64,000 bases of DNA from Patescibacteria group bacterium AH-259-L05 (GCA_027717985.1 JALLOO010000002.1:7257-71256); one strand, 5' to 3'; counted from the first letter of the stretch, positions 1 to 9,318 are shown. Translations and numbers: made by a program. Notes: generated by a model not told the origin, from the letters alone.

Positions 1-1317
1 GTTAATTACTACTGAAATATTTCGTTCAGATGATCCCTGTGCAATCGCTGCAACATTTACGCCTTTATTTCCTAATGCTTGAAATAATTTTCCAGAAACA
101 CCAGGCGTTTTCTTCATATTTTCTCCCACAACCGCAATGATTAATACATCGTCCTCTATAACAACTTTATCTACAAGGTAATGGTTGATTTCGTGTGCAA
201 ATTCTTTTTCAACTGCTTTTTTTGCTTCGTTAGCAAATTGAGATTCAATAGCACAACATATAGAATGTTCAGACGATGCTTGACTGATTAAAATAACACT
301 AATATTGTTTTGGGCTAAAGCGCCGAATAATCTTTGCGCAATGCCGGCGACACCAATCATTCCTGCTCCATCAATACGTAAAAGCGCAATACGCTCAATT
401 GATGAAATCCCTGTAATTCTCGTACGGCTCGGTGCCTGACTAATTATAGTGCCGTTAAATTGAGAGTTAAAGCTGTTTTTAATTCGAATCGGAATAATCT
501 TTTCTCGCGCAGGCCGAATTGTTGGCGGATACAACACGTTAGCTCCAAAATAAGACATCTCCATTGCCTCTTCATAACTCATATTCTCAATCGAGCGCGT
601 ATTAATAACTTTTTTGGGATCCGCACTCATCACACCGTCAACATCAGTCCAAATCTCTATCTCGTCTGCGCCTAATGCAGCTGCGAATAATGCTGCAGTA
701 TAATCTGATCCGCCCCGCCCCAATGTAGTTGTATTTCCTTTGTCAGAAAAAGCAATAAATCCCGTAATAACTGGTATATTAGTAAAACGCTTAAAATAAT
801 GTTTAATATTATGTTGCGTTGTCTTATAATCCACCTCTGCCCGGCCAAAATGCTCATTAGTTATAATAATCTCTCGTGCATCTAAAAATTTAGCATCAAT
901 CCCTCGTGCTTTAAACGCCTCGCTCATAATAATGGCGGAAAATCGTTCACCAAAACTCATGATTAAATCAAGGTCTTTTAAAGATACACTCTGCGCCTCA
1001 AACACGTTATTCAATATTTTATCAAGATCGTTTATCATTGCCTGAACTATTGCTATTGCATAATTTTGTCTCTGACTCTTGATAAGATTGCGTATCAATG
1101 CTATGTGCCTTAACTCTAACCGTTTGAGAATTTCACTATAATTTTGACCCTTGCTCGCTATCGTAGCTAATTTTATTAACTCATCAGTCACGCCGCCAAC
1201 TGCAGATACCACAACTGCTATATGACCCTGGTCTCTTGATTTAACTATAAGATCAATCACATTGTTAATGCGCTCCGACGTTTTTAATGATGATCCCCCA
1301 AACTTGAGTATTCTCAT
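1..1317 (-). CDS. lysC: aspartate kinase, 3'-truncated by the window edge (at least 439 aa)
   Basis: Minus-strand frame from ATG at 1315-1317 reads MRILKFGGSSLKTSERINNVIDLIVKSRDQGH...GRGGSDYTA... and ends with two ACT-like repeats (IALLRIDGAGMIGVAG..., LIIAVVGENMKKTPGVSG...). It is absent from the ORF track only because it runs off the edge. Confidence 0.8.
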   Translation of the reverse strand, partial: MRILKFGGSSLKTSERINNVIDLIVKSRDQGHIAVVVSAVGGVTDELIKLATIASKGQNYSEILKRLELRHIALIRNLIKSQRQNYAIAIVQAMINDLDKILNNVFEAQSVSLKDLDLIMSFGERFSAIIMSEAFKARGIDAKFLDAREIIITNEHFGRAEVDYKTTQHNIKHYFKRFTNIPVITGFIAFSDKGNTTTLGRGGSDYTAALFAAALGADEIEIWTDVDGVMSADPKKVINTRSIENMSYEEAMEMSYFGANVLYPPTIRPAREKIIPIRIKNSFNSQFNGTIISQAPSRTRITGISSIERIALLRIDGAGMIGVAGIAQRLFGALAQNNISVILISQASSEHSICCAIESQFANEAKKAVEKEFAHEINHYLVDKVVIEDDVLIIAVVGENMKKTPGVSGKLFQALGNKGVNVAAIAQGSSERNISVVIN

Positions 1318-1414
1318 AGAGTTAGGAGGAGGGCTTCGCCGCTCCTCTATACTATATAAATGGTTCGTTCGGTCGAAATACAAGTAAACTTTCATTTCTC
1401 CCTCGCTGCCATTT

Positions 1415-1450
1415 ATAAACAAAACCGACTTCATTTGTGGCTGAAGTCGG
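1415..1450 (-). terminator. attenuator terminator hairpin CCGACUUCA-GCCACAAA-UGAAGUCGG followed by UUUUGUUUAU
   Basis: A perfect 9-bp stem plus U-tract lies between the leader peptide and lysC. The 5' arm can alternatively pair with GGCUGAAGU, which overlaps the leader stop codon, to form the antiterminator. Confidence 0.6.
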
Positions 1451-1485
1451 CTGTAAATAGTTATCTTATACTACAACAAACTTCA

Positions 1486-1536
1486 GCCACCTGAAGTGGT
1501 TGTCGTTGTCGTGGTAGTCGAATTTATCTGAGTCAT
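1486..1536 (-). CDS. Thr-rich attenuator leader peptide MTQINSTTTTTTTTSGG (17 aa, stop TGA at 1483-1485)
   Basis: ATG ACT CAG ATA AAT TCG ACT ACC ACG ACA ACG ACA ACC ACT TCA GGT GGC TGA read on the minus strand. AGGA sits 8 nt upstream of the ATG. It lies about 165 nt upstream of the aspartate kinase start. Confidence 0.6.
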
Positions 1537-1613
1537 ATACATTATCCTAAACAATATAAAATAGATGTCAAACACCTCAACTGTGGATAAATAAAATTAA
1601 CATCGGGTGCCAA

Positions 1614-2351
1614 TTACAATCCTAAAACTATAATAGTCACATTATCACTTCCGCCGCGATTTTGTAAAACTTCTGTTTTTAATGCTTGTGCTACGTCATT
1701 TGGACTATCAAATTTTTGTGAAACTTCTAACACTTCTTTGTTGCTCATTACATCAAATAACCCATCAGTTGCCACAATTAAAAACAAATCATTATCAGAA
1801 ATAGTATATTCATTAACGTCTGGCGTTGCAATAATCCCAATTGGCTTAAAATGTTCATCTCCTAAAGTTCGCGTAGGCATTAACCCTTGTATTCCTCGCA
1901 TTGCATATGGATACTCAACCACACCACCCATAGTCTCGATTCTTTTTCTTTCTTTAGTATCATCCAGGCGATGATCAATAGTTAATTGCTTATAGCTATT
2001 CTTATTAATGATAATAATACGCACATCCCCCACATTTGCCGTATAAATCTTTTTGTTTTTTATAAAAAAATTTGCCGCACATGTTCCAGAATCCTGATCT
2101 TTCAATTCATCAGAAACGTACTCATATGCTTTAACAAATGCATCTTTAATCTCTGCGCCGCCTAACAAAATCTTTAAAAACTTTTTATGAAGATTATTCG
2201 CTACATATTCAGCTGCTTCTTTGTCATTATGCCCATCATACACGCCTCCGAATATCCATTCTTTACCACTAAAATTTGTATCAAGAAAATAAGCGTCCTC
2301 CATATGCGGACGCCTACCTTGTTCTAAAACAATTGCTGATTTAATGTTCAT
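1614..2351 (-). CDS. PP2C-family Ser/Thr protein phosphatase
   Basis: HMEDAY...GGVYDGHN...VGDVRIII...VATDGLFDVMSN...GGSDNVTIIV match the PPM/PP2C motifs. Confidence 0.7.
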   Translation of the reverse strand: MNIKSAIVLEQGRRPHMEDAYFLDTNFSGKEWIFGGVYDGHNDKEAAEYVANNLHKKFLKILLGGAEIKDAFVKAYEYVSDELKDQDSGTCAANFFIKNKKIYTANVGDVRIIIINKNSYKQLTIDHRLDDTKERKRIETMGGVVEYPYAMRGIQGLMPTRTLGDEHFKPIGIIATPDVNEYTISDNDLFLIVATDGLFDVMSNKEVLEVSQKFDSPNDVAQALKTEVLQNRGGSDNVTIIVLGL

Positions 2352-3201
2352 TAAAACTTATTTCAAAATCTGATGTCTTAAAATAATCCCAGGGGCCGCG
2401 GATGACAAAATCCCATTCTTTTGGTACATATCCATGAAAATCAGAGCCAACAGTAATCATTACATCAAGCTCTTTTGCCACAATCTGCCAGTGCTCGATT
2501 TCCTGCCATGAATGATGAGAAGTCACCGCTTCAATTCCATCAAGGCCCATTTGTTTTAATTCGGCAATAATATCCTCATCTTCCCATGACAAATGCTGTC
2601 CTGGATGAGCTAAAACAGCCTTGCCCCCTGCATTTTTAATCAATTGAATTGCCTTCTTAACAGCAATCTCTGATTCAAAATAAATCTGCTTAGGTTTAAA
2701 AAGGTATTTGCCAATAATTTCAGTGATAGGAATTATTTTTCTGTTTTTAAAATCTTTTTGTATCCGCTCCCAATTTTGGGAATCTTTTTTTAAAACACCC
2801 GCGATAGTAGCCGATCCAATGTAGGTGGCTTTTGTATCAAATACTTTTTTCTCATCTATGTTCCACCCATGTTCCTGCAATGCTTTAATAGTTTGTTGTA
2901 CTTGCGGAATATGCGTTTTCTGCAATTTTTTTAAGGCCTTGTTTAAAGCTTTATTTTTTGTATCAAAATCATATCCTAAAATATGCAACTGCCTATCTTT
3001 GTAATGTGTATATATTTCAACTCCAGGAATAGCTTTTAATCCTCGTTCTTTTGAGATACTAAAAAACTCGTCTAGTCCATCAATACCATTATGGTCTGTT
3101 AAACAAACAGTTGAAAGTCCAAGCTCTTGAGCACATTGTACCAATTCTTTTGGCGAATAAACACCGTCAGAATAATATGAATGTATATGTAAATCAATCA
3201 C
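2341..3201 (-). CDS. PHP-domain phosphoesterase (TrpH/YciV-like)
   Basis: N-terminal MIDLHIHSYYSDGVYSPKELVQCAQELGLSTVCLTDHN (polymerase/histidinol-phosphatase domain His motifs), followed by a roughly 80-aa C-terminal extension. Confidence 0.65.
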   Translation of the reverse strand: MIDLHIHSYYSDGVYSPKELVQCAQELGLSTVCLTDHNGIDGLDEFFSISKERGLKAIPGVEIYTHYKDRQLHILGYDFDTKNKALNKALKKLQKTHIPQVQQTIKALQEHGWNIDEKKVFDTKATYIGSATIAGVLKKDSQNWERIQKDFKNRKIIPITEIIGKYLFKPKQIYFESEIAVKKAIQLIKNAGGKAVLAHPGQHLSWEDEDIIAELKQMGLDGIEAVTSHHSWQEIEHWQIVAKELDVMITVGSDFHGYVPKEWDFVIRGPWDYFKTSDFEISFNEH

Positions 3202-4220
3202 AATAATTTTATTTTTTCCTCTGCTTTTATTAAAAGCCTTTTTATGCCTTTTGCTTTAGATCCTGGATTTGGCTCTAGAAATGCAACGATCGCGGCCATC
3301 TCTAATATTTTTTGAATCTCAAAATAGCTCAAACGTATCTGTTCTGATTTAGTTATGTGCTTTCCAAAATAATTTTGTATAAACCTCTTTCTTATTATAT
3401 CAGCATTTGAAATAAAATCAGGTGCATAATAATGAAACATTGAATCAGTTTGTGCTAAAAATCCGCCAACATCTTCTAAGGGATCCCCTAAAAACGCATG
3501 CCCAAAGTCAATAACTTTAAAACCTGAAGCTGAACTTTTTAATATATTGCCCCAATGAAAATCGCCATGAACCAATCGAAACTGCGATCTATCCAAGAAC
3601 AAATCTTCGTACTGCTTTTTATATACCCAAAGCTTTTTAAGAGTATCACTATATAAGGGATAAAATTGCGGTGCACATTTTCGTACTAAAAAAAACCAAT
3701 GCCGCCGCTCTTTTTTCCCTTGCCCTTCATCTTTTATGGGCAAAAACCGTGGTTGCGCAGATATGTTATGAACTTGTTTTAAAAACTGTGCAATCAAAGG
3801 AGTAAATTGTATAGGAATACGAGGCTTTTGAGACATTAATTCTTCAAATGAAATACCTGGTGCTTCTTTATAAAAGAACATATTTAAAGGCCGATAATAA
3901 TCCAGTGCCATTGCAGTATATGTTTCTAAATTATGTTTTTTAAACCACTGAAGCACAGAATATGCTCGATATGGCGTATCCTGACGCTTATGAATTTTTG
4001 CGCGTACTACTTTAGTCCCCCTATTCGTAATAAGCTCATATTTTAAACTCATATTCCTGAACTTGCCACGAAAATTTCTCACTAAATCAATATGTATATC
4101 AACTAAATTCTCATTCAAGCTTAAAAACTTTTGTTTTCTTTTTGCAAACATCGAAAATATATACGTCTTATCAAGCGCTTTTCTGGCATTAACTTTTCTA
4201 TTAATACTAATAAAAATCAT
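3198..4220 (-). CDS. APH/choline-kinase-like phosphotransferase; possible sugar (maltose-type) kinase by neighbourhood
   Basis: Brenner motif HGDFHWGNIL and VIDFGHA (DFG-like) are present. The start overlaps the GH57 stop with ATGA. Confidence 0.5.
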   Translation of the reverse strand: MIFISINRKVNARKALDKTYIFSMFAKRKQKFLSLNENLVDIHIDLVRNFRGKFRNMSLKYELITNRGTKVVRAKIHKRQDTPYRAYSVLQWFKKHNLETYTAMALDYYRPLNMFFYKEAPGISFEELMSQKPRIPIQFTPLIAQFLKQVHNISAQPRFLPIKDEGQGKKERRHWFFLVRKCAPQFYPLYSDTLKKLWVYKKQYEDLFLDRSQFRLVHGDFHWGNILKSSASGFKVIDFGHAFLGDPLEDVGGFLAQTDSMFHYYAPDFISNADIIRKRFIQNYFGKHITKSEQIRLSYFEIQKILEMAAIVAFLEPNPGSKAKGIKRLLIKAEEKIKLL

Positions 4221-6208
4221 TTCTTTTCCTTAGGCGTAAAGCCTGAGATTTTAAATTTAAACCCCTGCCCGACCGGCGGGCGGGCTTGTCCTGTCCTAGA
4301 AATCCGATAGGGAATGACAACAGTTAAATTTTTAAAAAATACAGGCGACCAGCGATTTGCTTCTGCCAAAACTGCAATTTTTAACCACGTACCCTTGTTT
4401 TCATCATCTTGTTTTACCAGTTTTATAAATTTATGTAATAAGCTTGATGGCGTAATAGTAATTTTTAATTTTTTGCTGCGAAGTTCATATTTACATTGCC
4501 CAGGGCGATGATACGTTCCTGATTTAGGAAATCGTGCCACACTCATTGCATCCCAGCCGCTCTCACCAGGCAAATGTTCAATAAATTCAGATGGCACTTC
4601 ACATAAATAAAAACTATTATATTCATCCCGGAAAAATCCCAAAGGATGACCCATCTGCTTTTTATAATATACTGCTTTAACTTCACGAAAGAGTTGTTGT
4701 GGCTGTTTTTTTACAAATTCTTTTGGCTTGAATGCTTTAAAATGTTTTTTAGCAAATATTGAAAACTCGCCTATATCATGCTCCCAATAATCTTTTAATG
4801 ACGGTAGTTTTCGTGAACGCGCTAAATCATCAACAATATGAAGCACATCATAGATATCCATCTCATTTTTTAACTTATAAATCGCATCGCGCCACTTAAT
4901 TGCCTTTTCAAATTCTTGCGCCTTTACGGCTTTATTCATTTCATCTTCAAATTCTAAAATCATTGCATTAAATTGGCCAGAAAACACGCGCTTTTTATAT
5001 GGCCGTCGGTGAACGGTCCCATATGCTTCTCGGTATGCATGTCGAATCTTGCCAGATCGTTGCCACTCAAACGCAAGATCAATAATCTGGCGATAATACT
5101 CGTGTGCTTTATCTTTTTTATTTTTTGATATATCAGGAATGGAAAATACAATATCTTTTAGTAAAAACGCGCCTGCCTCAATCATTTCCAATGACCACCA
5201 GGGCTTTGCGCTTGCCCACCAAAATTGATCTGACTGTAATGCCTTATCAAGTTTTTCTCTTGCTTCCTTGTAATACGGTGCTTTTGTATCTAATTTATGA
5301 ACTAAATCAATTACAAAATGTGTAAACTCCCATTGCAAATGGTGAATTGGATTTTCTGGATGACTCCATAACGTAAATGAGTGTTGTTTTTCTTTTTCTA
5401 AATAAAAATCCTGCTCTTCAGACGACCAGGTAGAGTCTCGCAGTTCAATTTCCTTATCAATGCCAAACTCTTTAACTAATTCAGAAACAAAAACTTTTTT
5501 AATTTTTTTATCATTATAAATTTGAAACAATAAATTTTCCAAACCGGGTCGATGATGTCCAAATGTTTCTGTATCCATCATGGTTAGAAGATACCGATCT
5601 TTTTCTAATTCATCTTTTCCAATTTCTTCAATAAATGACCGTGCACTTCGTGCAATGGCAGACAAAATTAACACACTAATGCGCTTATCCCGAAAAATAA
5701 TTTTAAAATTATCTAAACCCTTAATAGTATAAATACTTTTAAAATCTGGTTTCTTGGGAGATGCAAGCTCTTCCGCTATAATCCATTGAAATCCTGCCTC
5801 TTTCGCGGCTTCGGCAACCTTAAAACTTAATCCTAATTCTGGTGAAAAAAATCCTTGGGGCTTCCAACTCGCACCAAAATATTTTTTATTTGTTTTTTCA
5901 TTTAATTCAATCTGTCGCTTAATCTCATTCCTCGGTAATAATGGCAAAAACGGGTGATATTTCACCCCACCCGTAAACTCAATTTGTCCACGTTGTGCAA
6001 AACTTTTAATATCCTCAATCACATCCATATATCCATTGTTTGCTAATAATTCTACTAATCCCGCATTAATATTAATGGTAATTTTCATGTTTGGATTCAA
6101 AGACAAGCCGCCGATCACTTTGCGGTAGCTTTCATTAACAATCCGCTCTAAAATATCCAGTTGCTGATTGTATGGCTGATAAAAATGTAGAAAAAATCCC
6201 CACGTCAT
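4217..6208 (-). CDS. glycoside hydrolase family 57 alpha-glucan enzyme (663 aa, with C-terminal extension)
   Basis: The GH57 regions are present: HFYQP, GQIEF, GFFSPELG (nucleophile Glu), DTETFGHH (acid/base Asp) and the QFWWASAKPWW helical-domain motif. Confidence 0.7.
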   Translation of the reverse strand: MTWGFFLHFYQPYNQQLDILERIVNESYRKVIGGLSLNPNMKITININAGLVELLANNGYMDVIEDIKSFAQRGQIEFTGGVKYHPFLPLLPRNEIKRQIELNEKTNKKYFGASWKPQGFFSPELGLSFKVAEAAKEAGFQWIIAEELASPKKPDFKSIYTIKGLDNFKIIFRDKRISVLILSAIARSARSFIEEIGKDELEKDRYLLTMMDTETFGHHRPGLENLLFQIYNDKKIKKVFVSELVKEFGIDKEIELRDSTWSSEEQDFYLEKEKQHSFTLWSHPENPIHHLQWEFTHFVIDLVHKLDTKAPYYKEAREKLDKALQSDQFWWASAKPWWSLEMIEAGAFLLKDIVFSIPDISKNKKDKAHEYYRQIIDLAFEWQRSGKIRHAYREAYGTVHRRPYKKRVFSGQFNAMILEFEDEMNKAVKAQEFEKAIKWRDAIYKLKNEMDIYDVLHIVDDLARSRKLPSLKDYWEHDIGEFSIFAKKHFKAFKPKEFVKKQPQQLFREVKAVYYKKQMGHPLGFFRDEYNSFYLCEVPSEFIEHLPGESGWDAMSVARFPKSGTYHRPGQCKYELRSKKLKITITPSSLLHKFIKLVKQDDENKGTWLKIAVLAEANRWSPVFFKNLTVVIPYRISRTGQARPPVGQGFKFKISGFTPKEKK

Positions 6209-6240
6209 ACTAATAGTATACCATTTTATCCAAACAAAAA

Positions 6241-6270
6241 AAGCCAGCTGAATGCTGGCCTTTTTGAAAA
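6241..6270. terminator. hairpin GCCAGCUGAAUGCUGGC flanked by an A-run and a T-run (bidirectional terminator-like)
   Basis: AAAAAGCCAGCTGAATGCTGGCCTTTTTG lies immediately 3' of the 6290..6814 gene. A near-identical copy sits 3' of the 7140..7703 gene. Confidence 0.5.
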
Positions 6271-6289
6271 GAACAAATCCATTATGGGA

Positions 6290-6814
6290 TTACAATTTTT
6301 TGACTCTATACGGCTCTCTAAACTCTACATGTCTTATGTTATCGAAAGGAATAAATTTTATTTCAGGATCATCAGATTTATATTGATATCTAATCTCAAC
6401 ACAATCTCTCTTAACCTTTAATACTATTGTCGGAAAATAAAACGACCCACTCTTTATACGCAAACCAATCACCTGTCCAGACTTCTTTGCTTTTATAAAG
6501 CGGCTTTTAAGACTTTCTCTCGTTGCGGCTACATCTCTTTGTTTTGAGAGGCCAAAAGCTGACACATCCCCTATAGTCCCTATCTCGTCTAAAGGAAAGG
6601 TTATTCTAGAAGCAGTCCTTTTCTGGTTATCTCTACTAACATATTCAATTTCACTAATATATTCAAACTCAACATAATCTTTTCCGATTTTTACAATTTC
6701 TACCGCTTTATAGAATGAACTCGAATGCTTATTGCCTTTTGTTCGAATATTTGGTTTAAGTCCGGCCTGCCAAAATTTCTCAAGACATTTTCGAACTATT
6801 TTTCTTTCAAACAT
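6290..6814 (-). CDS. hypothetical protein, paralog A of a tandem pair, with an internal two-fold repeat
   Basis: Shares IRTxGxxxSSSFxKxVxIxxxGKDYVEFE...FPLxEI...IRHVEFxxPxxVK with the 7140..7703 protein. A strong SD (GAGGAGG) precedes it. Confidence 0.5.
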   Translation of the reverse strand: MFERKIVRKCLEKFWQAGLKPNIRTKGNKHSSSFYKAVEIVKIGKDYVEFEYISEIEYVSRDNQKRTASRITFPLDEIGTIGDVSAFGLSKQRDVAATRESLKSRFIKAKKSGQVIGLRIKSGSFYFPTIVLKVKRDCVEIRYQYKSDDPEIKFIPFDNIRHVEFREPYRVKKL

Positions 6815-6985
6815 AGATTACCTCCTCTTCGTTCGGGCTTTCAAACCCATGTTTGAAAAGAACTAATTTTACGGGGCCAAAACACCTTGTCCAGTCCTTC
6901 CCCGCGTTCAGACTAGACGCCCTCTTTCTCAGGGAGTAAAACTACCCTGCATTCTCTTTATACCATAATCACCAAACCCTGTCAA
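6815..6985 (-). promoter_or_regulatory. conserved promoter (TTGACA-17-TATAAA) plus ~140-nt 5' leader, copy 1
   Basis: On the minus strand TTGACAgggtttggtgattatggTATAAA is followed by a leader with hairpins CAGGG..CCCTG, CGGGG..CCCCG and TTCAAAC-atgg-GTTTGAA, then the SD. It is about 90% identical to 7704..7872. Confidence 0.55.
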
Positions 6986-6989
6986 CCTC

Positions 6990-7080
6990 TTTTTTTGTCA
7001 TTCCGCAGGACCCCTTTGTCATTCCTCACGAGCAGAGCAAGAGAAGGTGATGCGGAATGAAAGGGAGAATGACATCAACA
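6990..7080. repeat. GTCATTCCGC-family palindromic repeat element
   Basis: tgtcattccgcagg...tgcggaatga...gaatgacatc, with inverted-repeat arms. Confidence 0.5.
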
Positions 7081-7139
7081 TGTCTCTCCAAAGAAAAAGC
7101 CAGCACAATATGCTGACCTTTTTGAAAAGAACAAATCCA

Positions 7140-7703
7140 TTACGAGCTTTCTTTGACTTTTCGTGGCTTTTCAAACTCTACGTGCCTTATTTGGCTAAAA
7201 AGAATAATCATTAATTTGAAGTCCCCACCTTTTTTTGGTCTATGCTTAATCACTATATGATCTTTTCCCACGCTCCATATAGTTATATTAGAAAAAAATG
7301 ATCTTGCTCTCGTACGCAAAGCAATTTCTTTTGCTGAATGCTGTACTTCCTTAAAACGCTTCTTAAGGCTTTTTCTTTTATGCGTATGCGCCTCTTTAAT
7401 AAAACTGTCAACCTTTTTCTGTTTTGAAGACTTATAAACTGCTTCTCTACCAAATCCATTAAAAAACTCTACCTGTGCTATTTCCCGTAAGGGAAAAGTT
7501 GTAGTTTGATAAAAAATTCCTTTCTGTGAATTTGACCTATGTTCAAACTCAACATAATCTTTCCCCACGTCTAAAATCCATACATACTTAAAAAACGATG
7601 AACTCCATGAATCTCCCGTTGTCCTAATATGTGGATGCTGTTGGTTTAGCCGAAATCTCTCGAGTATTTTTCTAAGGGTATTCAGCTTCATTTTCTCAAA
7701 CAT
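7140..7703 (-). CDS. hypothetical protein, paralog B of the tandem pair
   Basis: Same architecture as the 6290..6814 protein. It has its own copy of the promoter/leader and of the terminator. Confidence 0.5.
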   Translation of the reverse strand: MFEKMKLNTLRKILERFRLNQQHPHIRTTGDSWSSSFFKYVWILDVGKDYVEFEHRSNSQKGIFYQTTTFPLREIAQVEFFNGFGREAVYKSSKQKKVDSFIKEAHTHKRKSLKKRFKEVQHSAKEIALRTRARSFFSNITIWSVGKDHIVIKHRPKKGGDFKLMIILFSQIRHVEFEKPRKVKESS

Positions 7704-7872
7704 AGTTTCTCTCCTTCATTCGGTCTTTCAAACCTATGTTTGAAAAGAACTGATTTTACGGGGCCTAAACACCTTGTCTAGCCCTTCCCCGCGTTCGGAC
7801 TAGACGCCCTCTTTCTCAGGGAGTAAAACCACCCTGCATTCTCTTTATATCATAATCACCAAACCCTGTCAA
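7704..7872 (-). promoter_or_regulatory. conserved promoter (TTGACA-17-TATAAA) plus 5' leader, copy 2
   Basis: Near-identical to 6815..6985, including the -35/-10 boxes at 7867-7872 and 7844-7849. Confidence 0.55.
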
Positions 7873-7980
7873 CTCAAAAAACAAAAAGCCAGCACAACGC
7901 TAGCCTAAATATATAAATATCTTTCAATTAAGTGAAATATTTTGGTGCATAATCTTTCAGTACACTGAAAGCTTTTATTA

Positions 7981-9318
7981 TTATGAAATTTGTAAAAATC
8001 GCGGTGTTAAATAAAAGGGAAGAGACACAAGAGTAACATTTTTATTATTAACTTTAACTCGCTTTCTTTTCAGCTCCCCGCCATATATTCTCATAAGGTG
8101 ATGATTTTTTACTGCTTTAGAAAATTCATATAGAGATCGCAGTCTTCCCGCTTTTCCTGATTTTACTTCTATTCCCATAATTTTCCCTTTATTATTTAAA
8201 CAAAAATCAATTTCCGCACTCCCTAAGCGTCTTTCTCGAGCCCAATAAAAAAGTTGTGCAGGGGCTTCTACAAACTGAGCTATAATATTTTGTCCAACAA
8301 CTTGTTCTGCTATTTTCCCACGATAGAACTCATTAAGATTAGTAAGATTTGTATAGTTTTCTTGAATGCCCATTTGATGATTTACTAGGCCTACATCTAA
8401 AAATAAAAGTTTTTTAGGCCGTTTTCTCTGAGGAACTAAAGGGAGGTCTGCTGATTTCGTTGCCTGAACTTGATATAAAAGCATCACCTTCTCTAACGTT
8501 GTAAACGCCGCGTTCATTTCACGACTTCTATAATTAGAATCACCAAATTTTTCATAGGTAATCGTGGTGCCTGCAAAAAGCGGCGCTGTTCCAATGATGT
8601 AGGTCAAGTATTTAACATTTGCTGAAGAGCTATATTTATATACATCTTCACTATAAGAAGTAAAAAGCGAAGAATAAACGCTTTTAAGCTTACTTATATT
8701 ATCTTTTTCTAAAAATAGTTTCACTATCTCCGGCATTCCTCCGACCATAGTATATTCATAAAATAACTTGAGCGCTTGTTGATGAATACCTTGAGGAATC
8801 TCTTTATTTAAGGATATGGTTTTTAAAAATTCTAAAAGCTGTATTTCTCCCTTGGCTTCTAAATACTCAAAAAAGTCTAAAGGGTAAAGATAAGCATATT
8901 CTATCCTCCCAACCGGCAGAGAAAATCCCTCTTTTTCAATTTTAGCTTGGAGTAAAGAGCCTGCCGCAATAACATGAATATTAGGCCTTTCTTCATAGAA
9001 AAATCGCAATAGTTTAATTAATATGGGAGAATTCTGGATTTCGTCAATAAAAATCAACGTCTTTCCCGGAATGATTTTTTGACGGAACTTTATCTGAATA
9101 ATTTTTTCAAAATCATCTAAAGAAAGCTCACTTTTAAAAAGGGCGAGATGTTCTGCTTTTTCTAAATTTATATAAATAAGATTTTTAAAATATTTTTTGC
9201 CAAACATTAAAATAGCAAAGGTTTTTCCAACCTGTCGAGCACCTCGTAAAATTAATGGTTTTCTTTCTTTTTTATTTTTCCAGTCCACTAAATAATTAAT
9301 GATTTTTCTGTTAAACAT
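7981..9318 (-). CDS. AAA+ ATPase of the COG1373/DUF4143 type
   Basis: Walker A ILRGARQVGKT and Walker B LIFIDEIQ. The likely true start is MFNRKIINYLVDW at 9318; the ORF-track start at 9387 is an upstream extension. Confidence 0.6.
   Translation of the reverse strand: MFNRKIINYLVDWKNKKERKPLILRGARQVGKTFAILMFGKKYFKNLIYINLEKAEHLALFKSELSLDDFEKIIQIKFRQKIIPGKTLIFIDEIQNSPILIKLLRFFYEERPNIHVIAAGSLLQAKIEKEGFSLPVGRIEYAYLYPLDFFEYLEAKGEIQLLEFLKTISLNKEIPQGIHQQALKLFYEYTMVGGMPEIVKLFLEKDNISKLKSVYSSLFTSYSEDVYKYSSSANVKYLTYIIGTAPLFAGTTITYEKFGDSNYRSREMNAAFTTLEKVMLLYQVQATKSADLPLVPQRKRPKKLLFLDVGLVNHQMGIQENYTNLTNLNEFYRGKIAEQVVGQNIIAQFVEAPAQLFYWARERRLGSAEIDFCLNNKGKIMGIEVKSGKAGRLRSLYEFSKAVKNHHLMRIYGGELKRKRVKVNNKNVTLVSLPFYLTPRFLQIS

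Noticed and set aside
460-857. Small + and − strand ORFs 460..675 and 672..857
   Set aside because: They lie inside the aspartate kinase coding region (minus strand 1..1317), which has clear family motifs. They are spurious.
6815-6955. TPP riboswitch in the conserved leader (contains CUGAGA after a GGG…CCC helix)
   Set aside because: The rest of the THI-box (ACCUGAUCUGGAUAAUGCCAGCGUAGGGAA pyrimidine-sensor helix) is absent. The downstream genes are not thiamine-related. The leader is reported only as a conserved element of unknown type.
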